Below, one piece after another: positions 1-8,813 of a stretch of DNA of 62,005 bases. The notes beneath the pieces are model-generated. The model saw nothing but the letters and a program-made list of their open reading frames with translations. It was not told the DNA's origin and ran no database searches. The first letter of the stretch is position 1. Each line of letters starts with the position of its first letter. The translations under genes were made by a program, and so were the position numbers. Source of the stretch: a virus (taxonomy: Duplodnaviria; Caudoviricetes); IMG/VR virus record IMGVR_UViG_3300025000_000103, positions 1-62,005 of that record. One strand, 5' to 3'.

Positions 1-331
1 ATCTTCAGCCACCGGGGACAGTTCGGCATCTTCAGCCACCGGGGACAGTTCGGCATCTTCAGCCACCGGGAACAGTTCGGCATCTTCAGCCACCGGGTAC
101 AGGTCGGCATCTTCAGCCACCGGGAACAGGTCGGCTGCTGTATGCACTGGATTGTATGGCAAAGCAATGGCCGGTAGATATGGGTGTATTGCATTAGCAT
201 TTTACAATGAAAATGAACAACGAATAGAAATGCGCTGCGCTGAGACAGGTTGCGGTGATGGTTTAGACGGAAAACTTAAGGCCATGGCATGGTATAAGCT
301 TGATGATGATGGTAATTTTATTGAATGCTAA
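1..331 (+). CDS. C-terminal part of a DUF7666-like repeat protein that wraps the circular junction (starts at 61517)
   Basis: Frame from nt 2 reads SSATGDSSA...SAAVCTGLYGKAMAGRYGCIALA...GKLKAMAWYKLDDDGNFIEC* (TAA 329-331), continuing the ORF open at the window end. Confidence 0.85.
   Translation, partial: SSATGDSSASSATGDSSASSATGNSSASSATGYRSASSATGNRSAAVCTGLYGKAMAGRYGCIALAFYNENEQRIEMRCAETGCGDGLDGKLKAMAWYKLDDDGNFIEC
2..136 (+). repeat. 27-bp coding tandem repeat, 5 units (SSATG[D/N/Y][S/R]SA)
   Basis: TCTTCAGCCACCGGG(G/A/T)ACAG(T/G)TCGGC(A/T) head-to-tail. Confidence 0.97.
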
Positions 332-344
332 AGCGAGGAATAAT

Positions 345-1409
345 ATGAGCGATAAAGAGATGGTTGTTGCACAAAATACCAGTTTGACAAGTTCATTGGT
401 TGAGCCTGGAGAAATTGTAAGGGCTCTGAAACATGTCCAATCTGTGATGAAAAATGCTATGACGCCGGCCATTATCCAAAACGGTAAAATGGTAAAGGAC
501 GGTGACTTCGGGTTAATTCCTGGTTGTGGCGATAAGCCAGCGTTAAGAAAAAGCGGGGCTGAAATATTGCTTATTTCATTCGGCCTTGTTGCCCACATGA
601 GAACGCCGGTGATTACAAAACTTGAAGGAGGCCACCGCGAAATCACCATTGAAACAGAGATACGCAATGCAAGCACTGGTGTTCTTCATGCTATAGGCAT
701 TGGCTCTTGTTCTACCATGGAAAGCAAATACCGCTGGCGCAATTCTGAGCGTCTTTGTCCGACATGCAGCCAGCCTGCTATAATCCCTAACAAGTTTAGC
801 GGTGGGTGGTTATGTTGGCCTAAAAAAGGTGGATGTAATGCCAAGTTTGAAAAAGGAGACCCAGCAATTGAGGGGCAGCAAGTTGGCCGTGAAGAAAACC
901 CTGACATTGCCGACATGTGGAATACCGTGTTGAAAATGGCAGCTAAGAGAAGCGCGGTTGACGGGGCAATTAAGGCAACCGCATCATCTGGAATGTTTAC
1001 CCAGGATATTGATGATATCCCTCAAGATGTATCAGGAATGGCAGATGACACCGCTAATACTGGTAATCACAATCAACCAAAAGAAGAAGCCAAGCCAAGC
1101 CAGCAGGATGTAGCTGTGAAGCGTTTCAAATGCCAAACAACCGGCAGACTTGCCCCTGCTTATTGTATGTCTTGCCAGCACAAAACAAACTGCCCTGAAA
1201 AAAATGAAGATCAGCCGGAAAACTCTGAGCATGCCGAGTTGATCGATTATACATTTTATGTCCGCCAAATAGACAAGCTTGAAAGCGCAAACGCCGTTAT
1301 CGATTGGCAGATGAGAAACGGTGAAGAGGCGCAGAAGAATCTTTCTTCTGATGATTACGACAAACTGAAAGGATACGTTAGCCAGATGGTTGACGTGTGG
1401 AATAAATGA
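345..1409 (+). CDS. Putative ssDNA-annealing/recombination protein
   Basis: GAGG RBS before ATG 345; DFGLIPGCGDKPAL and NTVLKMAAKRSAVD..MFTQD motifs seen in phage annealase-like proteins; CxxC insert. Confidence 0.55.
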   Translation: MSDKEMVVAQNTSLTSSLVEPGEIVRALKHVQSVMKNAMTPAIIQNGKMVKDGDFGLIPGCGDKPALRKSGAEILLISFGLVAHMRTPVITKLEGGHREITIETEIRNASTGVLHAIGIGSCSTMESKYRWRNSERLCPTCSQPAIIPNKFSGGWLCWPKKGGCNAKFEKGDPAIEGQQVGREENPDIADMWNTVLKMAAKRSAVDGAIKATASSGMFTQDIDDIPQDVSGMADDTANTGNHNQPKEEAKPSQQDVAVKRFKCQTTGRLAPAYCMSCQHKTNCPEKNEDQPENSEHAELIDYTFYVRQIDKLESANAVIDWQMRNGEEAQKNLSSDDYDKLKGYVSQMVDVWNK

Positions 1410-1417
1410 GGTGACAT

Positions 1418-2509
1418 ATGAATGAAATTATCGCAATCGAAAACGATCTGGTAAAAACCGAAATTAATCCTGCTGATGTATTTGTCCCTGGTGGATTGGA
1501 TATTTTAATCAATACCATATCAGCCAAAGCAGAGGAAGAAGCCGAGGGGCTTTCACCTAATACCGACAAAGGGAGAAAAGAATTTTGGAAAATTTGTCGG
1601 AAAATTTCATCTTCAAAGGTCTTTATCGAGACTGCCATGAAAAACTATGTGGCTGATCTAAAGGCAAGGATCAAGCCGGTTGATGCTGAACGTATCAGAT
1701 TTGTTACTGAGATGGATTCGTTACGCGACAAGATTGATAAACCTCGGCAAGAATGGCAAGCAAAAGAGGACGCTAAGATCGCGGCAGCAAACGCCATCAT
1801 GAAAGAATTACAGCTAGCTGCTGTTGTCTACGCGGATACCACCGCTGAAGAGCTTGCCAAACGCATAGAACAAGTAGAAGAAATGGACGTTAATTCTTTG
1901 CCGGAAGATTACCTTGATAATGCGGCACGCCTGCAAGATGAAACGCTCGCCAAACTCTATCAACAGCATGACGAAGTTGTGAAGCGTGAGGCTGAAGCGG
2001 TTGAGCTCGCAAAATTAAGGGCCGATGCAGCAGCCAGGGAAGAAGCTGACAGAAAAGCCAAAGAAGAAAAAGAACGCCTTGAGCGTGAAGAGCGGCTGAA
2101 AGCAGAAGCGGCAGCCAAGGCCACACGCGAAGCAGAAGAAAAAGCGGCAGCCGAAAAGAAATCCGCAGAGGAAGCCATTGCAAAGGCCAAAAAAGATGCA
2201 GAGGACGCAGAGGCTCGGCGAGTTGCCCAAGAAGAGGAATCAAGGTTGGCACAAATTAAAGCAGTTGAAGAAACAATCAGAAAGGCCAAGGAAGAATCAG
2301 ATCGCAAGGAACGTGAACGTTTGGCTGAGATTGAAAAGCAGCGTATTGCCGATGAGAAGCGGGCAGCCAACAAGAAGCACCGTGAGAAGATCAGAAAAGA
2401 ATCTATCCTTTCTCTTATTGATACGGCAGGGCTGAATGAAGAGCAAGCAGCGACGGTTTTTAGCGTTATCAGTTCTGGCGTTGTTGCTCATATAAAGGTT
2501 GAATGGTAA
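1418..2509 (+). CDS. Coiled-coil phage protein (Ala/Glu/Lys-rich)
   Basis: 363-aa ORF with GAGGTG RBS and a long charged helical region. Confidence 0.7.
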   Translation: MNEIIAIENDLVKTEINPADVFVPGGLDILINTISAKAEEEAEGLSPNTDKGRKEFWKICRKISSSKVFIETAMKNYVADLKARIKPVDAERIRFVTEMDSLRDKIDKPRQEWQAKEDAKIAAANAIMKELQLAAVVYADTTAEELAKRIEQVEEMDVNSLPEDYLDNAARLQDETLAKLYQQHDEVVKREAEAVELAKLRADAAAREEADRKAKEEKERLEREERLKAEAAAKATREAEEKAAAEKKSAEEAIAKAKKDAEDAEARRVAQEEESRLAQIKAVEETIRKAKEESDRKERERLAEIEKQRIADEKRAANKKHREKIRKESILSLIDTAGLNEEQAATVFSVISSGVVAHIKVEW

Positions 2510-2528
2510 TCGGTATTGGAGGCCATAG

Positions 2529-2744
2529 ATGAAAAAACGAGTTCTAAAAATTATTAAAAAAGCACTTGATGACGCAGAGGATAATCTGTGCCGTGCTAAC
2601 ATGCAGTTCGGTAAAATGACTAGCAAAGAACTGGCGCAGGAGTACGGCCAATCAGGACGCACCTGCGGCGAGATTTTAGAGGAATACCAAGTTGAAGTAT
2701 CAGAACTTAAGCGGTGCCTTGCCTGGGTTGAGAGCGCCAAATAA
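2529..2744 (+). CDS. Hypothetical protein
   Basis: GGAGG RBS, in operon. Confidence 0.7.
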   Translation: MKKRVLKIIKKALDDAEDNLCRANMQFGKMTSKELAQEYGQSGRTCGEILEEYQVEVSELKRCLAWVESAK

Positions 2745-2776
2745 CAGCCCAATAAGCGGAATAAAGGAATAACAAC

Positions 2777-3517
2777 ATGCAGATAAAAGACGTGATTGCC
2801 GCATGGAATAACCAGGCTGACGATGCCAACTCTTGGGACAATCTTGATGCCGATGAGCGTGTCGAATTTACGATACGCTTTATGATGACCAGTCTTAAAT
2901 TTCTAACCAACGTTGACGCCTACAACTTCCTAAGCCGTGAATGCCTTGCTGCGATAAATCGTGCCGAGGAAGGCGGAAAGCCTGCTATGCTTGAGTCCTA
3001 TGACCAGCATACCCAACGCGGATCATTTGAAAATGAAACCACTTACCGTAGGCAGCTTTACCCGGTAATGGTTGAAATTCAGGAGCCGCTGAATTTCACT
3101 TACCTTCCAAAGACGGTGACGGTTGGCATGATCGAGCAATACTATGCCGAAGAACTGTTGAATCCCGTCAAGGCCAAGAACCAAAAATACAATTACGGTG
3201 AACGTCTTGTCGTCCAGTTGCAGACGGTAATGGATATTTTATATAAAACGCCGTTTACGAACCAAGCAGTTATCAGCATCAGCAGGCCGGAAGATATATT
3301 TTTACCTGAGCCTCCTTGCCTGCGCGAGTTGGCCTTTTCATACTTTACCGGCAAACTTAACTTGACTTCCTACTGGCGTAGCAATGACCTGTCAGAGGCG
3401 TTTTTAACCAATCAAGGCGGCCTTGCTTTGTTGCTGCGTGATGTGGCGGAATATGCCATGCTGCCGGTTGGATCACATTTCTACATGTCGCCTGGGGCGC
3501 ATGTGTATATCAGGTGA
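2777..3517 (+). CDS. Thymidylate synthase (ThyA-fold) family protein
   Basis: YNYGERL, catalytic PPC, RSND..N and AHVY motifs align with ThyA PC/RSxD..N/HxY. Confidence 0.85.
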   Translation: MQIKDVIAAWNNQADDANSWDNLDADERVEFTIRFMMTSLKFLTNVDAYNFLSRECLAAINRAEEGGKPAMLESYDQHTQRGSFENETTYRRQLYPVMVEIQEPLNFTYLPKTVTVGMIEQYYAEELLNPVKAKNQKYNYGERLVVQLQTVMDILYKTPFTNQAVISISRPEDIFLPEPPCLRELAFSYFTGKLNLTSYWRSNDLSEAFLTNQGGLALLLRDVAEYAMLPVGSHFYMSPGAHVYIR

Positions 3518-3521
3518 TGGA

Positions 3522-3977
3522 ATGAAAGATTATCAATGCGTTTGTGAAGGGAATTGGCGCAGAATTATTCATGAGTCTGAAGGGCTGATAGGCAGGAAAT
3601 ACAAGAACAAGGATGGCGAAACGTTCATCTTCGTTGGCGTGATGCATGGAGAAGATGATTATTATTATTGCATGTGGAAAGATAACGATATGCGACTTTT
3701 GTCATGTGTTGGCAGTATAGAAGACCACGGATTTGATCTTTTTGATGAGAGAAAAATGATAGTTCCTGCTATTCCAGAGCCTAAATGCATAGAAAGCATG
3801 TGTTTGCGGTATGACCATTCTCACTTGATGAAGAAACCAAGCATAAATGACTCGCTTTTAGATGAGTGGCGAGAAGAAACAGACGAAGAATTCAACAACA
3901 GGCAAGAAGCGACTAGGCGTATCATGAGGCAGCTTTACGAAGAGGCCACAGGTCAGGGATTCTTCAGGAGGCGATAA
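3522..3977 (+). CDS. Hypothetical protein
   Basis: ATG 3522 just after the ThyA-like stop. Confidence 0.65.
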   Translation: MKDYQCVCEGNWRRIIHESEGLIGRKYKNKDGETFIFVGVMHGEDDYYYCMWKDNDMRLLSCVGSIEDHGFDLFDERKMIVPAIPEPKCIESMCLRYDHSHLMKKPSINDSLLDEWREETDEEFNNRQEATRRIMRQLYEEATGQGFFRRR

Positions 3978-3978
3978 T

Positions 3979-4221
3979 ATGATATGCCCAGAATGTATAT
4001 CAGGTGAGGAAATGAAAAAACAATCATACTGCTATGTAATTTCACAAGGGTTACACCATCAAGAATCATATGTTTTATGCGTATGCAGGACAAAGAAAAT
4101 TGCTGTAGAAAAATGCAGAAAAGATGGGTACTCATACTACAGAAAAGAATATTTGTGGGATAACGGGGAATATTACAGAGAGGTAAAAAGGGAAATATTT
4201 TACACATGGACCACAAAATAA
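3979..4221 (+). CDS. Hypothetical protein
   Basis: Tightly packed ORF with RBS. Confidence 0.55.
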   Translation: MICPECISGEEMKKQSYCYVISQGLHHQESYVLCVCRTKKIAVEKCRKDGYSYYRKEYLWDNGEYYREVKREIFYTWTTK

Positions 4222-4700
4222 CCATAGTAGAAGAGAGACACCGACAACGAGCAATTGATTTAATCGTTGATATCCCTCTTTTCCCGTTGCACGAGGTTAT
4301 AATCAAGCCAGTCAAAATAACACGTATGATGGCTCAGAATGCCCTGTATTGGGCTATGAACACGCACCTTGAAAAACATTCAGAGACAGGGAATACAAAG
4401 GATGATTGGCACGAGTATTTTAAAGAGAAATATCTGGTAAGAATTTACATAAAAAAGCCGGAGAATCATCCACTGCTTGTATCAAACATAGAAATAATCA
4501 GTGAGTTGATGGAGAAAGGGTTAAACAAACAGGCCGGGAAGCTATGGGAAAATCTTCTCAAAGCTTTGTCAACGACCGAAGCTGATGTTGAAGAGTTCTG
4601 GGAATATCTAAAATGTGTTGAACATGAAATGATTAGTATTGGATGCGTCTTGCCGGTCAAAGACGACATATACAAAAAAGCAATGGGGATGAAAAAATGA
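4206..4700 (+). CDS. NinB/YbcN-like recombination protein
   Basis: TRxxAQNALYWA motif, WHEYFK, C-terminal STT..EF..YL. Confidence 0.65.
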   Translation: MDHKITIVEERHRQRAIDLIVDIPLFPLHEVIIKPVKITRMMAQNALYWAMNTHLEKHSETGNTKDDWHEYFKEKYLVRIYIKKPENHPLLVSNIEIISELMEKGLNKQAGKLWENLLKALSTTEADVEEFWEYLKCVEHEMISIGCVLPVKDDIYKKAMGMKK

Positions 4701-5398
4701 AAACGTTAATCGTATTATTATTGTTATTGATTCCATGGATCGCAAATGCGGACACATCATTAACCGCGCTGGCCATTGGGCAGTCTAATCCTGCAGGCCG
4801 GGGAGAGATATACCCCGAAGACCTGCATAGAATTCATGGAGCGTTTCTCCTGAACGGTAATCGTTTCGTAGCGGCAAGGACTCCTTTGAACCAGTATTCC
4901 CTGATCAAGAAAGATGTGGTTCAGAAGTATTCTTTTGTTAATGAGTTGTTTGCGCTCTTAGCTGAGGATTACACTGTTTACGGAATAGTGCAGGCCAGAG
5001 GCGGATCTGATATTGCTTGCTGGTCCAGGGGCGGTTTTTGCTATGACACAACGGTTGAATTGGTTAACCGTAACAGCATAAAGATCGATATCATCTTTAT
5101 ACATCAGGGTGAATCAAACAGGAGAGATGAAGGATACCCGGTTATGCTTGCCCGGACAATTACAAATCTCCGGGAAGATTTAGGCGTCAACTGCCCCGTG
5201 ATTGTCGGTGAGATAGCGCCATGTGATTACGACGCAGTCCTGCATAATCGTAGGCTGCAAAAAATATATGACCTAGTTGAAAATGTGCGCGTGGTTGATT
5301 CAAAAGGGCTCACCACTCTCGGCCCGTATCATTTTGACAATGCTTCTTCAAAGGAGCTTGGGCGGCGGTATTATGATGCTTTCCTGGAGCTGTATTGA
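4697..5398 (+). CDS. Secreted SGNH hydrolase, sialate O-acetylesterase (SASA)-like
   Basis: Signal peptide MKTLIVLLLLLIPWIANA; GQSN, ARGGS, HQGESN and YHFD blocks. Confidence 0.85.
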   Translation: MKTLIVLLLLLIPWIANADTSLTALAIGQSNPAGRGEIYPEDLHRIHGAFLLNGNRFVAARTPLNQYSLIKKDVVQKYSFVNELFALLAEDYTVYGIVQARGGSDIACWSRGGFCYDTTVELVNRNSIKIDIIFIHQGESNRRDEGYPVMLARTITNLREDLGVNCPVIVGEIAPCDYDAVLHNRRLQKIYDLVENVRVVDSKGLTTLGPYHFDNASSKELGRRYYDAFLELY

Positions 5399-5399
5399 G

Positions 5400-6059
5400 A
5401 TGAAACCCAAAAGAATATACAAGTTCAGAGGAGAATTGTACGCGGTTTCTGAACTGATACCATATGTCACGAAATACCGTGGCAAAATGGTCACAATGAG
5501 CCAGCTACACCGCGAACTGAAGAGGTCACTGCTCCCAAAATCTGATAAGAAATACCTAACCGTTATGCAGGTACTCAAGGGAAAGGCGACCGAAAATGCC
5601 GAAACAAAATGCATTTGCGGATGCGGTCGCAAATTCGCAGATCAGAATGGTAGGAAATATTGGGACATAAAAACATGCAAGCACCGCCATTACAAAAGGA
5701 TGATTGATTATGGTTGTGTCCAGCCGAGTGAATGGCGGTTGTGCAAGTGCGGTGAATGGTTCCCTGTATTTGCATTTATATCAGGCCACACAACGAAGAA
5801 ATACTGTGACGAAAAGTGCAAAAAAAAGTTCCACGGGGAAAAATTGAAGGGAATATTGCGCCCTCGTGTGGTAATATCAGATAGGTCAAAGCATTGTTTT
5901 CGAAAGACCGCTTCTTTTGAAAGCACCCGCTGCGCCCATTATAATGATTGTGGATTCAAGACTTGCCGTGGGTACCAACCGGAAAACCGGGATATGGTTA
6001 TGCGCGGGATTGTTCAGAGCGGGTCGGGTGTTCAGGTCACTTTTGGGAGGATAATATGA
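5400..6059 (+). CDS. Cys-rich putative Zn-binding/DNA-binding protein
   Basis: CICGCGRKF, CKCGEWF, YCDEKC motifs; basic composition. Confidence 0.55.
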   Translation: MKPKRIYKFRGELYAVSELIPYVTKYRGKMVTMSQLHRELKRSLLPKSDKKYLTVMQVLKGKATENAETKCICGCGRKFADQNGRKYWDIKTCKHRHYKRMIDYGCVQPSEWRLCKCGEWFPVFAFISGHTTKKYCDEKCKKKFHGEKLKGILRPRVVISDRSKHCFRKTASFESTRCAHYNDCGFKTCRGYQPENRDMVMRGIVQSGSGVQVTFGRII

Positions 6060-6071
6060 CAAGGATGATTG

Positions 6072-6284
6072 ATGAAACTTGAAACGATGAAAGCAGATAC
6101 AAAAGAGATTTTTCTTGATGCCGGGAAAATGACGGTGACGGTAAACACATGGGCAAACCACGAAGGCGCTTCGATCATGGTGCATGGGGCAGGGCCAGAA
6201 TTGCCACTAAGGATGGCTGGCTCGTTTAGGTGGGAAGAATTAGATGCGATTCTGGTCGCATTGGCTGCGGCCCGTGCTGTATAA
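6072..6284 (+). CDS. Hypothetical protein
   Basis: ORF in operon. Confidence 0.6.
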   Translation: MKLETMKADTKEIFLDAGKMTVTVNTWANHEGASIMVHGAGPELPLRMAGSFRWEELDAILVALAAARAV

Positions 6285-6301
6285 AACTTGCGGAGTGAGG
6301 G

Positions 6302-6360
6302 AAAATGAACCGCACGGTAGATGCTGATTTGGTACAAACTAAACAAAGGAGTGTAAAATG
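6302..6360 (+). repeat. Intergenic repeat A, copy 1 (others at 7501-7557 and 8446-8501)
   Basis: AAAATGAACCGCACGGTAGATGCTGA..TGGTA.AAACTAAA..AGGAG..ATG, each ending at a gene start. Confidence 0.9.
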
Positions 6361-6675
6361 ACAAAAAAAATAATGAATGTATTGATACCAATTATAATCG
6401 TACTTGCCATAGGTATGCTGTATTTAGTAATTAATAGCGAAACAGATCCAAAAGTTGGGCAGGTATGGGTTTATGACGCATGCGGCGATAATCCTTTCGA
6501 GGAGCCGTGTCCGAATAATAATGAAGTGCTCGAAGTCAAAGATGGCTATGTAAGGTATGTAGATCAGCTCACAGGGAGAGATGGTAGTTGTTCGGTTAGA
6601 TGGTTTAAGATCGGTTCAAAACTTATGCCACAAGATAAATTAAACAAAATGAGGCAATTAGATGCAGCCAGATAA
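6358..6675 (+). CDS. Membrane-anchored hypothetical protein
   Basis: N-terminal hydrophobic helix, AGGAG RBS. Confidence 0.7.
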   Translation: MTKKIMNVLIPIIIVLAIGMLYLVINSETDPKVGQVWVYDACGDNPFEEPCPNNNEVLEVKDGYVRYVDQLTGRDGSCSVRWFKIGSKLMPQDKLNKMRQLDAAR

Positions 6676-6922
6676 AGACTATTATTTGACAGGAAGAATT
6701 TTGCAAAAGATTTACGACTCAGAGATTCATTTTTCCATCGGGTGGATGTTTGATGGTGGAATAGACTACTCAATCGGTAGAGATTTGGTTTTTCTACATG
6801 ATGGCAAAATTTCATCAACATTGACAGGAAAATTACACGAGGCCATGCCATTAATAGCCGATGAAATTTCCAAGGAATACCCAAGTTCTGAGTTTGCAAA
6901 ATGGTGGGTTAAGGTCCGCTAA
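6662..6922 (+). CDS. Hypothetical protein
   Basis: Overlapping ORF in operon. Confidence 0.6.
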   Translation: MQPDKDYYLTGRILQKIYDSEIHFSIGWMFDGGIDYSIGRDLVFLHDGKISSTLTGKLHEAMPLIADEISKEYPSSEFAKWWVKVR

Positions 6923-6931
6923 ATAAAGGTT

Positions 6932-6999
6932 GCCGGTTAGCTACCGGATGAACTGCAAAGATTACGGGGGAGTTAGAGATTGACAATAAAGCCCGTTCA
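6932..6999 (+). repeat. Intergenic repeat B, copy 1 (copy 2 at 7746-7817)
   Basis: GCCGGTTAGCT.CCGGATGAACTGCAAAGATTACGGGGGAGTT..AGAGATTGACAATAAAGCCCGTTCA. Confidence 0.92.
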
Positions 7000-7029
7000 T
7001 TTTTAAGATTGATATAAATAGGATAGATT

Positions 7030-7350
7030 ATGAAATATTTTTATATAACCGTGGTTATTTGTTTTTCTATTTTCATATTCAGAAATCAGCCCTTTGTAGA
7101 GCGGATTCTTGCCCCTGGGTACAGTACATGTCTCAGGTGTGATAGACCATGGAAATTTGTTGAGTCACATATCACTCAATATGGTGGCGGTCATGGATTA
7201 TTTCCGCTATGTGAGAAATGCTGGACTCAATTGGGTACACCAGAGGCACGGCTCCCATACTACCGTGAACTGTGGTATAAATGGGAGGCAAGCACTCCTG
7301 GGTATGCGAACTGGAATGATATAGAAAAATCTGTCAGGGAAGGGAATTAA
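7030..7350 (+). CDS. Hypothetical protein with N-terminal TM and CxxC pairs
   Basis: ORF track; CLRC and CEKC. Confidence 0.65.
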   Translation: MKYFYITVVICFSIFIFRNQPFVERILAPGYSTCLRCDRPWKFVESHITQYGGGHGLFPLCEKCWTQLGTPEARLPYYRELWYKWEASTPGYANWNDIEKSVREGN

Positions 7351-7351
7351 C

Positions 7352-7588
7352 ATGGCTGACATAACGATGTGCACACAAACGCTTTGCCCTAATGCCGGGC
7401 ACTGTTCCCGCAGCCAAGCTAAAGAAAGCGAATGGCAAAGCTGGGAGGCGTTTGAATACACGATAGCACTTGATGGCGTACAGTGTGAGCATTACATACC
7501 AATGAAACGCGCGATAGATGCTGAGTCGGTACAAACTAAACAAAGGAGTACAAAATGGAACTTAGAACAGAAAAAGAGCTTGATATGA
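7352..7588 (+). CDS. Small Cys-rich phage protein (MADITMC type)
   Basis: DITMC..CP..C.R pattern; C-terminus runs through repeat A. Confidence 0.65.
   Translation: MADITMCTQTLCPNAGHCSRSQAKESEWQSWEAFEYTIALDGVQCEHYIPMKRAIDAESVQTKQRSTKWNLEQKKSLI
7501..7557 (+). repeat. Intergenic repeat A, copy 2
   Basis: AATGAAACGCGCGATAGATGCTGAGTCGGTACAAACTAAACAAAGGAGTACAAAATG. Confidence 0.85.
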
Positions 7589-7740
7589 TCCGTGGCAAAA
7601 TGCTGGTTGCTGCTGCAACCCAAAAGGAATTACATGATTTTTTAACCTACGTTGCCACACTGGAAGGACTTCTTGAAGAAGCAGACAATGACGATTATTT
7701 TGGTACAGAAGGATGGAGGCATAGAATCGGATTACAATAA
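7555..7740 (+). CDS. Hypothetical protein
   Basis: AGGAG RBS; C-terminal DYFGTEGWRH. Confidence 0.7.
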   Translation: MELRTEKELDMIRGKMLVAAATQKELHDFLTYVATLEGLLEEADNDDYFGTEGWRHRIGLQ

Positions 7741-7745
7741 GCGTG

Positions 7746-7817
7746 GCCGGTTAGCTCCCGGATGAACTGCAAAGATTACGGGGGAGTTGCAGAGAGATTG
7801 ACAATAAAGCCCGTTCA
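7746..7817 (+). repeat. Intergenic repeat B, copy 2
   Basis: Near-identical to 6932-6999 with a 4-nt insertion. Confidence 0.92.
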
Positions 7818-7834
7818 ACTAAAAAGGAGATACT

Positions 7835-8110
7835 ATGAAGAAATACAGAACAGGCGGATATAGCAAGAACCTTATTCAAGAAGTGGAAATTGTGAGAGAA
7901 ACAGAAAAACAGGTCGTTATCCGATCCCACAATGGATCGGAGAGAAGAGAGGCGAAGCGAAGCGATTACCAAAACTATTTTGATGACTGGCAATCTGCTA
8001 AAGATTTTCTTTTGAATAATGCAGAGAAAAAAGTTGATGGTATTAAGATGCAGCTTGAACGCGCAAAAGGAGAACTTGGCAATATTAAAGGGCTTCGCCA
8101 AGAGTTATAA
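7835..8110 (+). CDS. Hypothetical protein
   Basis: AGGAG RBS. Confidence 0.7.
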   Translation: MKKYRTGGYSKNLIQEVEIVRETEKQVVIRSHNGSERREAKRSDYQNYFDDWQSAKDFLLNNAEKKVDGIKMQLERAKGELGNIKGLRQEL

Positions 8111-8137
8111 CCGCCCATAAACAACAAAGGAGAAATC

Positions 8138-8410
8138 ATGAAAAAGATTATCGTAATTGCAATGATGTTAGTTTTTACTTTGGCCTGTACTTTATCAGCC
8201 GAAGAGGATGTAAAACATCAACCAAAGAAAATGAAAACGACATTTACCATAGTTTTCAATGAAATCACAATCCAGGAAGCAGCTGATTTGGAACGTAGGA
8301 TAAACAAAGAATTTAAAGATGCCTGTTCAGTAGAGGTGGATATGGAGCCAGTATCAGTATCAGAATATATTAATCCAACTGTTATGTATGATGGTGTAAT
8401 TGTCCGTTAA
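8138..8410 (+). CDS. Small secreted hypothetical protein
   Basis: Signal peptide MKKIIVIAMMLVFTLACTLSA. Confidence 0.65.
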   Translation: MKKIIVIAMMLVFTLACTLSAEEDVKHQPKKMKTTFTIVFNEITIQEAADLERRINKEFKDACSVEVDMEPVSVSEYINPTVMYDGVIVR

Positions 8411-8445
8411 TGATGGCAGATTGCGAACTTTGGAAAGGGAGGGGT

Positions 8446-8501
8446 AAAATGAACCGCACGGTAGATGCTGAGCTGGTAAAAACTAAAAAGGAGATACTAT
8501 G
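8446..8501 (+). repeat. Intergenic repeat A, copy 3
   Basis: AAAATGAACCGCACGGTAGATGCTGAGCTGGTAAAAACTAAAAAGGAGATACTATG. Confidence 0.9.
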
Positions 8502-8792
8502 AACACGAAAGAGCACCTTTTAACCTGCTTGGCCGAAGAATGTGCCGAGATACAACAAGCTGTTTCCAAGGCACTGCGTTTCGGCCTTGACGATGGCTAC
8601 CCAGGAACGGAGACCACGAACGCACAAGACATTGCGCGGGAGTACGTGGATCTGGTTGCGGTGGTTGACCTGTGCAGAGAGCACGGGATTATCGGGCAAC
8701 CTGGAGACTCAAAGGCGATGTATGACGCCAAGCGCGAACGGGTGAAGAAATTCATGAGCTATGCGAAAGAGCGTGGGACCTTGGACGGCTAA
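8499..8792 (+). CDS. MazG-like NTP pyrophosphohydrolase
   Basis: LAEECAE...SKALRFG...REYVDL acidic ExxE/ExxD pattern. Confidence 0.65.
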   Translation: MNTKEHLLTCLAEECAEIQQAVSKALRFGLDDGYPGTETTNAQDIAREYVDLVAVVDLCREHGIIGQPGDSKAMYDAKRERVKKFMSYAKERGTLDG

Positions 8793-8813
8793 CATCAAAA
8801 TAACCGGCAACAC

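Noticed and set aside
1-16. Terminal direct repeat as a physical genome end
   Set aside because: The overlap falls within a coding tandem repeat, so it is more simply an assembly break in a circular map
2-136. CRISPR array at the window ends
   Set aside because: Units are head-to-tail with no unique spacers, are in-frame coding, and no cas genes are present
6302-8503. Mini-CRISPR or complete integron
   Set aside because: Inter-repeat segments are whole genes of variable length; no integron integrase and no well-paired full attC found
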